A DNA stretch of 64,000 bases, taken from Trypanosoma brucei (lineage: Eukaryota). A program made the translations under genes and the position numbers. Positions 10,844 through 19,913 of the stretch are shown in pieces. The notes beneath the pieces are model-generated. The model saw only the letters and a list, made by a program, of their open reading frames with translations, searched no databases and was not told where the DNA came from. Each line of letters opens with the position of its first letter. Within the stretch, counting starts at the first letter, position 1. The DNA is taken from the NCBI GenBank assembly GCA_000002445.1, contig CP000068.1, positions 1,280,001 through 1,344,000 of the forward strand, in the 5' to 3' direction.

Positions 10844-11689
10844 TTACGTGTCCTCAGAGTGTTGTTGTTGTTGTTGTTGTTGTTGTGGTGGTGGTGGTGG
10901 TGGCACTGCTCCATAAGGAGGTGCTGGTGTATTCGGATCCAATACTCCAGTCACAGGCGTTCCCACATGCGGAAGCACGCCGGGGTCTCCTCCAAAGTTG
11001 GGTAAAACATACGGCGGCTGCCGGTGGTGGTGATGATGATGATGGTGATGATGATGATGATGATGGTGATGCATCGCAGGGGGTGCGCACATTCCGCCGT
11101 AAACATGAGAATAATTGCATTGATCTCCCTTCCCACAGCGACCCTCCAAGAAACGCTGACAGACGCCCCTTGAATTGTGAAAACCATCTCTCTGGCCACC
11201 ATAGTAAGTGTGGGAAGAGCCTTGTGGGTGTGTTGGTGGCATGTAATACGGAGTTGGCTCTCCACCCATCGCTTCGTCAGCACCGCCTTTCATCGCTGAT
11301 GTGTTCAACTTTCTCAGAAATGTGTTGGCCTTGGCCAGCAGAGAACTTTCGCCCTCAGCTTGCATAGAGCAGTACAACCTCCAACTGCTCTCGTTGAAAC
11401 CGTAGTTAAAATAATCCCTAAGGTTTGCCGTGGGTTCATCCCATGGGCGCTTCTGCATTTGTGCTATGTCATAACCGAAAACAGCGGTATTTATTTGCGG
11501 TCCTTCAGCGTGTCGTACGCACAGGGGGATGAGTCCAACAACATCATCCTTCACATTCTCGGGTTCAAATCCCTGCGGCTGACGCTCCATCTCCTGTCCA
11601 TCAGTCGCCTGAACCGTTACAAATGTGGGGTTTTCCACACCGTCTGCGTGCGTGATGACAAAAGGTCCTTCACCGCCCTCTTCCATCAC
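10844..11689 (-). CDS. FIP1: pre-mRNA 3'-end processing factor FIP1-like protein with one CCCH zinc finger and poly-His/poly-Gln/poly-Pro tail
   Basis: Conserved Fip1 motif KRPWDEPTANLRDYFNYGFNESSWRLYCSMQ. CCCH finger CQRFLEGRCGKGDQCNYSH. A run of ~16 His is encoded by (ATG/GTG)n at 11024-11068 on the plus strand, and 8 Gln plus 7 Pro by (GTT)n(GGT)n at 10861-10903. Confidence 0.7.
   Translation of the reverse strand: MMEEGGEGPFVITHADGVENPTFVTVQATDGQEMERQPQGFEPENVKDDVVGLIPLCVRHAEGPQINTAVFGYDIAQMQKRPWDEPTANLRDYFNYGFNESSWRLYCSMQAEGESSLLAKANTFLRKLNTSAMKGGADEAMGGEPTPYYMPPTHPQGSSHTYYGGQRDGFHNSRGVCQRFLEGRCGKGDQCNYSHVYGGMCAPPAMHHHHHHHHHHHHHHHHRQPPYVLPNFGGDPGVLPHVGTPVTGVLDPNTPAPPYGAVPPPPPPQQQQQQQQHSEDT
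10861..10903. repeat. pure trinucleotide repeats (GTT)8-9 followed by (GGT)6 inside the FIP1-like CDS (encode Gln and Pro runs on the minus strand)
   Basis: gttgttgttgttgttgttgttgttgtggtggtggtggtggtgg read directly. Confidence 0.9.
11024..11068. repeat. (ATG/GTG)n trinucleotide repeat inside the FIP1-like CDS (encodes ~16 consecutive His on the minus strand)
   Basis: ggtggtggtgatgatgatgatggtgatgatgatgatgatggtgatg read directly. Confidence 0.9.
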
Positions 11690-12320
11690 CTTTCTTTGTC
11701 ACTGAGCCGAAAGGTAACCTCTTTCCTTTTGTACGCCCTCCACAATGTAAATAATTTTAACAATAAATGCATGAATGCGTGTATACATGTGATCAAAACA
11801 AAGGAGCAGCACAGTGATGGCAACTGTTTAAAGTAGGTAAATTAAATGACGGAATGAAAGTGAACACCGTAACAGGCAAAGCGACATAGTAGTGACTGTT
11901 GTACTGAGAGAAAAAGGGCAGGTGTCGATATTCCGATATTCGTGCCACTCCATACAGGAGGCGTACGAATATCTTCACATAAACATACGACGCACAACGA
12001 GGACCGTGCATAACGTGTTTTGCAGCTAAATAGAGAGAGAATAAAAATAAAACAAAAACTCTCAAACAATGCAGTGAAACGTTAAGTCAAAACCCGAAAA
12101 AAAAAAAGGAAGAAACAAAAAGAAAACGGTGTAAAGATGATACAGAAACGATCACCAGTCCCACGTAAAGATTTTGGTCCCACGTAAAGATTTTGCCACA
12201 ATGCGACAATGTGAAACAAAAAAATAATAATAGTAATAATAAGTCTTTGGGTCTGAGATACAAAACACTTCCCTCCACTCCCCCTCCTCAGTAGTACCGT
12301 GTGCTTCCGATATGTTGGGT

Positions 12321-13640
12321 TCACGCCACCTCGCCCGCAATCAACAAACCGGGAGACTCGAGGCAACGCTTAAATGCATTACTGAATCGCACGAGTGTCG
12401 CCCCGTCAATAACACGGTGGTCAGCTGTCCATGACATTGCGAGGATATTTGCCCTTACAACATTTCCACTCGCGTCAAAGCGGGGTAACTGTTGTATTCG
12501 TCCAATGGCACCAATTGCAACTTGAGGTGGATTAAGCATCGGCGTGGCATATATTGCTCCAATGGGGCCGATGTTGCTCAACGTAAAAGTGCCGTCCTTC
12601 ATGCGGTCGGGAGGTATTTGACTCTTACGGCCCAATGTCACTAACTCATTCACTTCGTGCACAAGTTCAGCCACACTTTTCTGCTGAACATCTCGCACAA
12701 CGGGGACAACGAGACCTTTCGGTGTGTCCATCGCAAAACCAATATGATGCGCCTTCTTCACAAAAAGTTTATCGCACTCTGAAGAAACATGTGCATTTAA
12801 TTCTGGGTATTGCAATAGCGACTGTGAGGCAGCTTTGATGAAAAGAGGCATGAGCGACACCTTGCTCCCATCACGTACACCTTCACTTGATGAATTCAAT
12901 GCATCGCGTAGAATATGCTGAAAGTTTAAAAGCTGCGACACCTCTACCTCATCACAAGCCGTAAAACTGGGAACACTTCCCGCCTTCGTCATGCTTGAAA
13001 CCATGGCCTTCCTAAGACCGGTATCAAGTCTCACCACAACATCGTCATTATAGCAAGACTTTCCAGCATATGAAAGAACATCCTCCCGAAGCACACGTCC
13101 ATCTTTACCTGTGCCCTTCACATCTGTAATATTCACTCCGCGGCTGCGAGCGAATTCCCTCACCGCCGGTGTGGCCAAAACTTTTGTAAAATCCTTGGAA
13201 ATTTCTGTAGTACAATCAGCTGCACACGAATCGCCTTCTTCCGCCACAGGCACTCCTCCATTGTTAAATTGGTCACTTACATTGCAATCAACAGTACCAC
13301 ACGAAGGCTTTTGAGTTTCATCCGTATCATTAACCTCAATATCAACAATGGGCTCACCAACGTGTGCCTTTTCTCCAGCTTCGATGTGGACGGTAGTAAT
13401 CACACCAGCATACCTGGAGGTAATCTCCACTGTTGCCTTGTCACTTTGCACCTCACATATTTTCTCAAATTCCCCAATCCTGTCACCGGGTTTCACGTAG
13501 AGAGTCACAACTTCAACCTCTTTGATGCCTTCACCAATATCAGCCAATTTGTATGGAATCGTGCGCCCGCATCGTGAGCGAGTGATTTGAATGAAGCGCG
13601 CACCCTGAACCTGACGGCACATGTACATAAACGATCTCAT
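12321..13640 (-). CDS. dihydrolipoamide acyltransferase E2 component, most like branched-chain 2-oxoacid dehydrogenase E2 (lipoyl domain + E3-binding domain + catalytic domain); mitochondrial
   Basis: Lipoyl domain LADIGEGIKEVEVVTLYVKPGDRIGEFEKICEVQSDKATVEITSRYAGVITT...VGEPIVDIEV, which closely matches the DBT lipoyl domain. E3-binding region ATPAVREFARSRGVNITDVKGTGKDGRVLREDV. Catalytic C-terminus with DHRVIDGA. Basic N-terminal presequence. Confidence 0.85.
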   Translation of the reverse strand: MRSFMYMCRQVQGARFIQITRSRCGRTIPYKLADIGEGIKEVEVVTLYVKPGDRIGEFEKICEVQSDKATVEITSRYAGVITTVHIEAGEKAHVGEPIVDIEVNDTDETQKPSCGTVDCNVSDQFNNGGVPVAEEGDSCAADCTTEISKDFTKVLATPAVREFARSRGVNITDVKGTGKDGRVLREDVLSYAGKSCYNDDVVVRLDTGLRKAMVSSMTKAGSVPSFTACDEVEVSQLLNFQHILRDALNSSSEGVRDGSKVSLMPLFIKAASQSLLQYPELNAHVSSECDKLFVKKAHHIGFAMDTPKGLVVPVVRDVQQKSVAELVHEVNELVTLGRKSQIPPDRMKDGTFTLSNIGPIGAIYATPMLNPPQVAIGAIGRIQQLPRFDASGNVVRANILAMSWTADHRVIDGATLVRFSNAFKRCLESPGLLIAGEVA

Positions 13641-14152
13641 CTGAAGTCTTCAAAAACTTGCTATCAAAACAGTGCAGCCATACGGAAAATAACACATCCG
13701 CACACCAGCGTTAATAATATGAAAAAAGGTAGAAAAAAAAAAAGAAAAGAGAAACATACAAAAAAAAAAATGTGACACATAATGATAGATTCATATGAGT
13801 CAGGATATAACAACAAAACACAAACTGAACACAGAGTCATCGACCTACTTTTAGAGTGACAGCGGTCCATGATGGCGCACATCCTCATCAAAAAAAAAAA
13901 GAAGGAGAAGTGAAGAGAAAATAGAAAAGAAAAAAAAAGAAACATTTCGAATAAACAAAACGACTGCACCGATGATCGACTCCTCCCCCTATCATTAGTG
14001 ACATCTACGTTTGGATATATCGTCTACACAATATGTAATTGCATGTAATATGGTGACCTAATTCTATGCGAGAAAAATACTAAGAAATAACATGTGCATG
14101 GAAAGTATTTGTACGGCCTGGATAATGGTAGGAAAATACCTTATCCAATATG

Positions 14153-14188
14153 CACACACACACACACACATACACAGAGAGAGAGAGG
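14153..14188. repeat. compound microsatellite (CA)n(GA)n in intergenic region
   Basis: cacacacacacacacacacatacacagagagagagag read directly. Confidence 0.85.
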
Positions 14189-14272
14189 GAGAACAAATTA
14201 TCCGTCGTCAACTAACAGAAACTTTCGACGCCTCCCAACTCCACCTCCTTGTGTATTTTTTTCTGTTTTTTT

Positions 14273-16030
14273 CTATAACTCTGAGTGCAGTCGCAACTTC
14301 ATTCTTAAAAGTGCTGCCTTCAGCTGCTCTGCAGTCATGGTCGGGTGAGTTCGTGTGTAGGCGGAAGACGCGGAACTGAAACCGGCGTCACGACTCTTGA
14401 AACTCACATCACTGGTGCCTTCGCTAGACATATTTTTGTAGTCCTCGCTGGGGAAATCACCGCCGCCTCCCTCGCGTCGTGGTGGAGTGCTGATAGAACT
14501 CATGGAACTAACAGTTACATTAGTTTGAGATGGAGGGCCTTGAGGATTGTTTGATGGGGGCACTTCACCCATCGCTCGTTCCAACCTCGCTTGCAGTAAC
14601 TTGAGGTTAGTGAGAAATTGCTCACGCCGCTCACTTCTCTCCTCTATTTTGTTTGTGCTATCGGTGGAACCCGTGTGAGTGCTGCTGTTGTCATCATCAC
14701 ATGCGCTGTGATCACAAATGGATGTTGGATGGGGTGGAACTTCTTCTGACGCCTTTAAGGGATGAAGTAACGGTGGTTCCCCTCCGCTTGTTGGAGTCAC
14801 GGCATGCGACTCAACTTCCACATCATCAGTAGCTGCAGCTGCCCTTAAAACATGGTCCCCGCTATCTCTCTTTGTTGCATGAAAACCGGAGGAAAGTTCA
14901 CCACTTTGCTCAGGATCCTCATCAGCAAATACGCACAGAGATGTTGTCGGCAACTGCGCAACAATATCCGCATCCGTGGGAAGGAGAGAGGATATCGTTG
15001 AAAGCTGCAGCAACCGCTCGAATGTATTGAAGGAGACTGAGTCTTCAAGTTGTCTCGGCTTAGCCTCAGTGCCTAGCGTATCACGAAGGAATATTGCCTC
15101 AAATTCCGCTTCCCCTTTTGATTTAAGTGCAACCGATCGCCGAGTGTCTTGCATCCGAGTACACACCTCTTCTGTCCTGGGCCCCTCAGTAGCATGCTGC
15201 TTTAAAGCTAACAAGTTTTTCTCTCGACGCCGCATTTCCTCCTCCGCATGTTTGGACTCCTCCTCCTGTTTTCGCTTCAACGACGCCGCTCGCTCCGCTG
15301 CCTCCCGCCGCTTTCGTTCCACCGACTCATGATTCGACTCAATCGCGCGCTGTCGTTCCTCAAGGTAGTGAGCGGCAGCAGCAGCGGCGTCTTCAACAAT
15401 ATCCTCGCGTGCTGGCCACTCAACAGTATTTGTTGGCTGTTCCATACGCGTTTTCCCCTTACGCAAACGTGTTGGCATGGTTTGAGGGTATGCTCCCGCA
15501 AGAGGTGACGGGCGAGCAACATCATCACCAGTGAAACCAGGCACGGAGCGTTTCTCCCGCTTTGAAACGATAACTTTTGCACGAGCCTCTTCAGCTGCAC
15601 GCACAGCTTTTTTGCGCTCTATAATGCGTCGCTGTGGTTCCTGTTGGAGGGCCCGGGTAACAGATGCCTTTTCCAGTGCTAATTTGTGTCTTTCCCTCTC
15701 CAGTGCATATTCAGCTCCCCATGCACTAAGTTCATTAATTGCCTGTTCGTGCTGGTGTGCCTCCAAGTTAGCAGCCCCTTTCATGCCTTCACCCTGCCGC
15801 GCATGTGCTTCATAAAGCATACGATCAATAAGATCAGACTCACGTTGCCGCTCTAACAGCCATTGCGTGCGCAGGTCCTTCATAATGCAACGGGCCTGTT
15901 CACGCTTCTGAGCGGCGTACGTCCGGGCCCGCTGCACGCCAATTTGATTGGCAATACGACGCGCCTCTTCTAAGCGCGCACGTCGCGCCTCTGCTTCTTC
16001 TTTACTGCGTAAATAGCGCAGCGTCACCAT
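14273..16030 (-). CDS. hypothetical coiled-coil protein, Arg/Glu-rich (ORF-track N-terminal extension 16031-16123 trimmed to Met MVTLRYL...)
   Basis: Long ORF on the unit's coding strand with heptad-like charged sequence (EEAEARRARLEEARRIANQ...). The upstream 31 codons of the track ORF translate a polypyrimidine tract. 'cat' at 16028-16030 gives the internal Met. Confidence 0.55.
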   Translation of the reverse strand: MVTLRYLRSKEEAEARRARLEEARRIANQIGVQRARTYAAQKREQARCIMKDLRTQWLLERQRESDLIDRMLYEAHARQGEGMKGAANLEAHQHEQAINELSAWGAEYALERERHKLALEKASVTRALQQEPQRRIIERKKAVRAAEEARAKVIVSKREKRSVPGFTGDDVARPSPLAGAYPQTMPTRLRKGKTRMEQPTNTVEWPAREDIVEDAAAAAAHYLEERQRAIESNHESVERKRREAAERAASLKRKQEEESKHAEEEMRRREKNLLALKQHATEGPRTEEVCTRMQDTRRSVALKSKGEAEFEAIFLRDTLGTEAKPRQLEDSVSFNTFERLLQLSTISSLLPTDADIVAQLPTTSLCVFADEDPEQSGELSSGFHATKRDSGDHVLRAAAATDDVEVESHAVTPTSGGEPPLLHPLKASEEVPPHPTSICDHSACDDDNSSTHTGSTDSTNKIEERSERREQFLTNLKLLQARLERAMGEVPPSNNPQGPPSQTNVTVSSMSSISTPPRREGGGGDFPSEDYKNMSSEGTSDVSFKSRDAGFSSASSAYTRTHPTMTAEQLKAALLRMKLRLHSEL

Positions 16031-17354
16031 TTTTTCTTCTTTTTTTTTTTGGTCCCTATAACTAAAGGTGAGAACGCAACACACCAAAGGAATTAGTAAG
16101 AACCCGTGACAAGGGCAAAACATACATTTAAGAACATGTGAATATGCATAACAAGGCGGGAACGAACAACAACATGATTAGGAGAAGGAAAAAAGAAGAA
16201 AAAAAAACACCGAAACCGCACACCAGAAACTTAAACAACGAGAGTCATAAGAATCATATCAAAAAGAACCCTATGAACAAACGCTGTGCCTCTGGAAGGG
16301 AAAGACACGTCGACGGGTCCAACCGCAAACATTCAAAACATCAGCAACACAAAACCAGAGGAAGAAAAAAATTGAAGTGCAACAAAAATAAACACTTGAG
16401 GAATCAAACAATCATAAAAACAAACAAATTGCAAAGACACCCCTAAATTGTCTTATGCAATGGAGGCCGCCAGTGCAAGTAGAGACAAATGCACTAAAAA
16501 GTCATCTTTACTGAGTCATGATTGAAACAAGAAAAAGAGAAAAAAAAAAAGAAAGTAATAAGAAAAAAAACAGATTAGTTCGTGCGTCCAAACACCGAAG
16601 CAGCCTCAAATGGGCAACTCACGATGAGTCAGCACTTGTGCCCCTCTTATTGGAGTGTGCGCCATGCATCTTTAAGGTAAACCTCACACAAAAAATTTTC
16701 ATGATCCCAAAGTTTCCCCCACACATCGAACACCCACACGCAAACTTTCTCTTTTCTTCCTTTCCAACATGCGACAATTTATCAACAACAATCCAATCAT
16801 GTTACGGTTCCCAGTCGACAAAAATGCAGAAAATACAAATTTTCCTCTCCATATATCGCAACGCTTCGCATTATTTCCCAACTTACGACAAGAATAAATA
16901 ATTTCACACACACACTCATTCCGTAAATGAGCACTAACCGGATCCAATACTTTCTCCCCCCCCCCTTCTTAATAAAGTCACTCCACTGCACGAGCCTGTA
17001 TTACACGACCGCATCTATGGGACGGGCATCGTCACCAACATTCACTTACAAAAACAACACACACAAAAAAAAAATTAAAAAAAGAGTCGTGCCTCAATAA
17101 TCTTCCAACACCTCTTCCCCCCTTCAGTCACTGCCGTACGAAATGTATTATAGAACACCTGAAAGAACAGAGCAGAAACCCTCAACATCAACTCTGCATG
17201 TATATACATGTATGTATATGAATACGTACATTTGCGTATGTGTATGTGTTTATGCGTATCTCTCTCCTCTCTCCTTCCCCCTTCCCTCACCTTCCTTCTC
17301 CCTTTCCGTATAAAATTCAAGTAACAGCATGGACAGTTTGAAGAGAGAGAGAAA

Positions 17355-17867
17355 TTATATGGAAGACCTTGTTTTCAAAAATGCCTTAGCCATGGGGATC
17401 GCCACCTTCGATACCGCAACAAAAATATGTTGCTTTTCTTTCGGGCAACGTTCGATTATCTCATCAATCGGCAGCCATTCCACATGGGAGAACTCCTGCT
17501 TTGCAACACTTCCCTTTGGTGGCACTAAACGGACCCTTTGAATAGTGCTGGAGGGCGTGTAAAATAAAAAAAGTCGTTGCTGTTGGCCCACGTATCCAAA
17601 ATGACGCAAATTTGCACCTTCATGGAGTATGTAACGAAACTCGTGTGGATCCCCACTTGGCGGCATAATTTCACCAATAAGTCGTAAATCCTCTGGAAAA
17701 AGTCCGACCTCCTCATGCACTTCACGATATGCTGCTCGAATAATATCGGCATCCCCTTCCTCAACACCGCCCTGTACAAATTGGAACTTATCCTCATGAA
17801 TTCGCTGGCAGGCGAGAAAGTTAAGATCTTCGTTGAATATTACCACACATACATTTTTTCGGTACAT
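17355..17867 (-). CDS. Nudix hydrolase
   Basis: Nudix box GGVEEGDADIIRAAYREVHEEVG (Gx5Ex7REUxEExGU). Start trimmed to MYRKNVCVVIF ('cat' at 17865-17867). The track ORF's upstream 71 aa translate low-complexity pyrimidine-rich DNA. Confidence 0.8.
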   Translation of the reverse strand: MYRKNVCVVIFNEDLNFLACQRIHEDKFQFVQGGVEEGDADIIRAAYREVHEEVGLFPEDLRLIGEIMPPSGDPHEFRYILHEGANLRHFGYVGQQQRLFLFYTPSSTIQRVRLVPPKGSVAKQEFSHVEWLPIDEIIERCPKEKQHIFVAVSKVAIPMAKAFLKTRSSI

Positions 17868-18270
17868 CAGCACGCCCTTTAAAAAACAATCTGAAGAAGC
17901 GCGAATGTGCGCATCAAACGGAGGAAGGGGATACGGAGGGCGAAAAAAAAAAAAATAACCGCAATCATAATTATTATACAAGTAAAAGAAATAACAAATA
18001 ATATTGATGGTAATAATAAATTGCAGACAAATGAATGGAAAAGGATAGAAGTAAAAAATAGAAGGAGGTATAATACGCAAAAAAGTGAATCATTGGCAAG
18101 AATAGCCGGTGGAAAGACATGGTGCAACTGCACAAGTGGCACCGCCCGCAGCCGTAATGCAGCAATTACCTACATGCATACGAGCGTTAAGTGGGAATTT
18201 GTTTTGAGGATTGCGCACGTAAATCATCATGTAAAGAGGTACCGTTGCGCCGCATGTGTATTAATGTCAC

Positions 18271-19206
18271 TCACCCCTCCGCTGGAAATGAAAGCGCTCG
18301 ATAATAACGCCGCTTATATTCAAGTGACTGAATGACTGCATCGGCTTGGGGCGATGTCGGGCCACTTTTTGATGCTGCGAGCGCAGTTAAGCCCTCCAGT
18401 CGCCGTTGAGCGCTAAATTCATCGTTAACCCCTTCACTCACCAGCGGCAGCCACCGCCCATACGTCTCTGCAGGATTTTTACGCACCCACGGCACAATGA
18501 GCCGACTCTCCATTAATTGTTCCATCATAAACTCAGCAAGAGGAACGGCATCAGTAAATGTTACGAAACCACGCGGGTCCGTAGGCGACTCCCGCTCTTT
18601 CAGTATCCGATGAATAACACAAAAGAAATCACGCGTCACAAGCCGTTGATGGCTGCTCTGCTCCGACCAAAAGGGTACTGGCATGGGAACAACACATGTG
18701 TCCGCTACGGATGGTGGCAAAAGTTGTTGTAACAAAAAAAAGGCATCACTACGAACAAATTGCGTGCGTGGGCCAAACTCCGGCACTAATGACTCGGCAG
18801 CTGTTAATAACCTCGATAACATGCGGTCCATAATGAGAAAACTGTACTCATCCCCCATTGAGAGCAACCGCCGGAGGTAAGCAGTACTTTGGCAACCAAT
18901 AATAACAACTTGACGTGGTGCGGCTTGTGCCCATGAATTCACCACATGATGCCGAAAATCGTCTTTAACATGTTCCACAAGCAGCGCTCGCACATTTGAT
19001 CTGTGAATACCACTTGTGGGCGGTAAAACCGATAGGTGAAATGAGGGGAAATGTACCGGAGTCTCTGGTATTTGTGCAGTTGAAGCAACAATATCGCCCT
19101 CATTAATATCATTTGCAGTTCCGTTACGATGACATGCAGCTTCCGCCAGCTCCTCCTTCTGCTGATCGGGTGATGTGTGGCGCACCACAAATACTAATTT
19201 AGGCAT
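18271..19206 (-). CDS. hypothetical conserved protein (start at MPKLVFVV; alternative Met at 19239)
   Basis: Non-repetitive ORF on the coding strand. The track ORF's N-terminal ~120 aa translate the polypyrimidine/low-complexity tract at 19250-19590, so I trimmed it. No confident domain; possible Rossmann-like segment VVIIGCQSTAYLRRLL. Confidence 0.5.
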   Translation of the reverse strand: MPKLVFVVRHTSPDQQKEELAEAACHRNGTANDINEGDIVASTAQIPETPVHFPSFHLSVLPPTSGIHRSNVRALLVEHVKDDFRHHVVNSWAQAAPRQVVIIGCQSTAYLRRLLSMGDEYSFLIMDRMLSRLLTAAESLVPEFGPRTQFVRSDAFFLLQQLLPPSVADTCVVPMPVPFWSEQSSHQRLVTRDFFCVIHRILKERESPTDPRGFVTFTDAVPLAEFMMEQLMESRLIVPWVRKNPAETYGRWLPLVSEGVNDEFSAQRRLEGLTALAASKSGPTSPQADAVIQSLEYKRRYYRALSFPAEG

Positions 19207-19538
19207 TAGTAGCCGCGCCTTGAACGAATATGAAAACATCAGAAGTGGATCTATGCTAAATATAAAGTTGGGGTGTACAAAATAAAACAAAAAACAAGAA
19301 AACAATGAAGTAAAGTAGGTAGAGTAACAAAAGGAAAAAAAAAAAAGACATGCGTCAAACAACAGCAAGCGAATATACACATCAACGTGCCGGCAGTTGG
19401 AAGGCAGAAAAAAAAAGGGGGAGAGAGAGTCGTATCCTTCACGGTTCATACCGCCTGAAACTGTATGGGTTAAACTTATAAACCAGTATGTCTCAAGCAA
19501 TTGAGGAAAAAAGAAAGAAAGAAAACGGCTTTCATTAA

Positions 19539-19913
19539 TTAACATGGCTTCATCGGGTTGCGTACCGGACGTAATCGAGACCGCGCCCACATTTGCAGTT
19601 CCGCATCGGATAAGTTCAGCAGCTGCTGATATTGTCGCCTCCGCATTTCCAAACCTCTTCCGTAGCGGGTTCTGTAATATTTACTCGCCCTTTGCGCTTG
19701 AAGTAAATCCTGTTTTGCCTTATCACAACGTGCTGGCAGTTGCTGAAGAAAAACAGTTAATTCATTGTCCCGATCATTCACACGACCCTGCGGAAGAACT
19801 TCCCGCATGACTTGACGCGTGGGTTTCACATCCGGCACTGCAATACGCTGATGACAAAATGGTGTCAAAAGAAGAGCGCGTCCAGATGTTAAGGACGATA
19901 CGAGAGGCGACAT
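19539..19913 (-). CDS. hypothetical small basic protein (124 aa)
   Basis: Strand-consistent ORF with Arg-rich non-repetitive sequence. Minus-strand T/G-rich tract immediately upstream (19920-20040). No homology recognised. Confidence 0.35.
   Translation of the reverse strand: MSPLVSSLTSGRALLLTPFCHQRIAVPDVKPTRQVMREVLPQGRVNDRDNELTVFLQQLPARCDKAKQDLLQAQRASKYYRTRYGRGLEMRRRQYQQLLNLSDAELQMWARSRLRPVRNPMKPC

Noticed and set aside
17868-18080. N-terminal extensions of track ORFs beyond the internal Met used by homologues (also 19207-19590, 16031-16123, 34541-34627, 43114-43245, 46929-47072)
   Set aside because: The extensions translate upstream polypyrimidine/low-complexity DNA. Homologous proteins (Nudix, LC8, SAR1) begin at the internal Met, and the extended forms would bury the trans-splicing signal inside the CDS.
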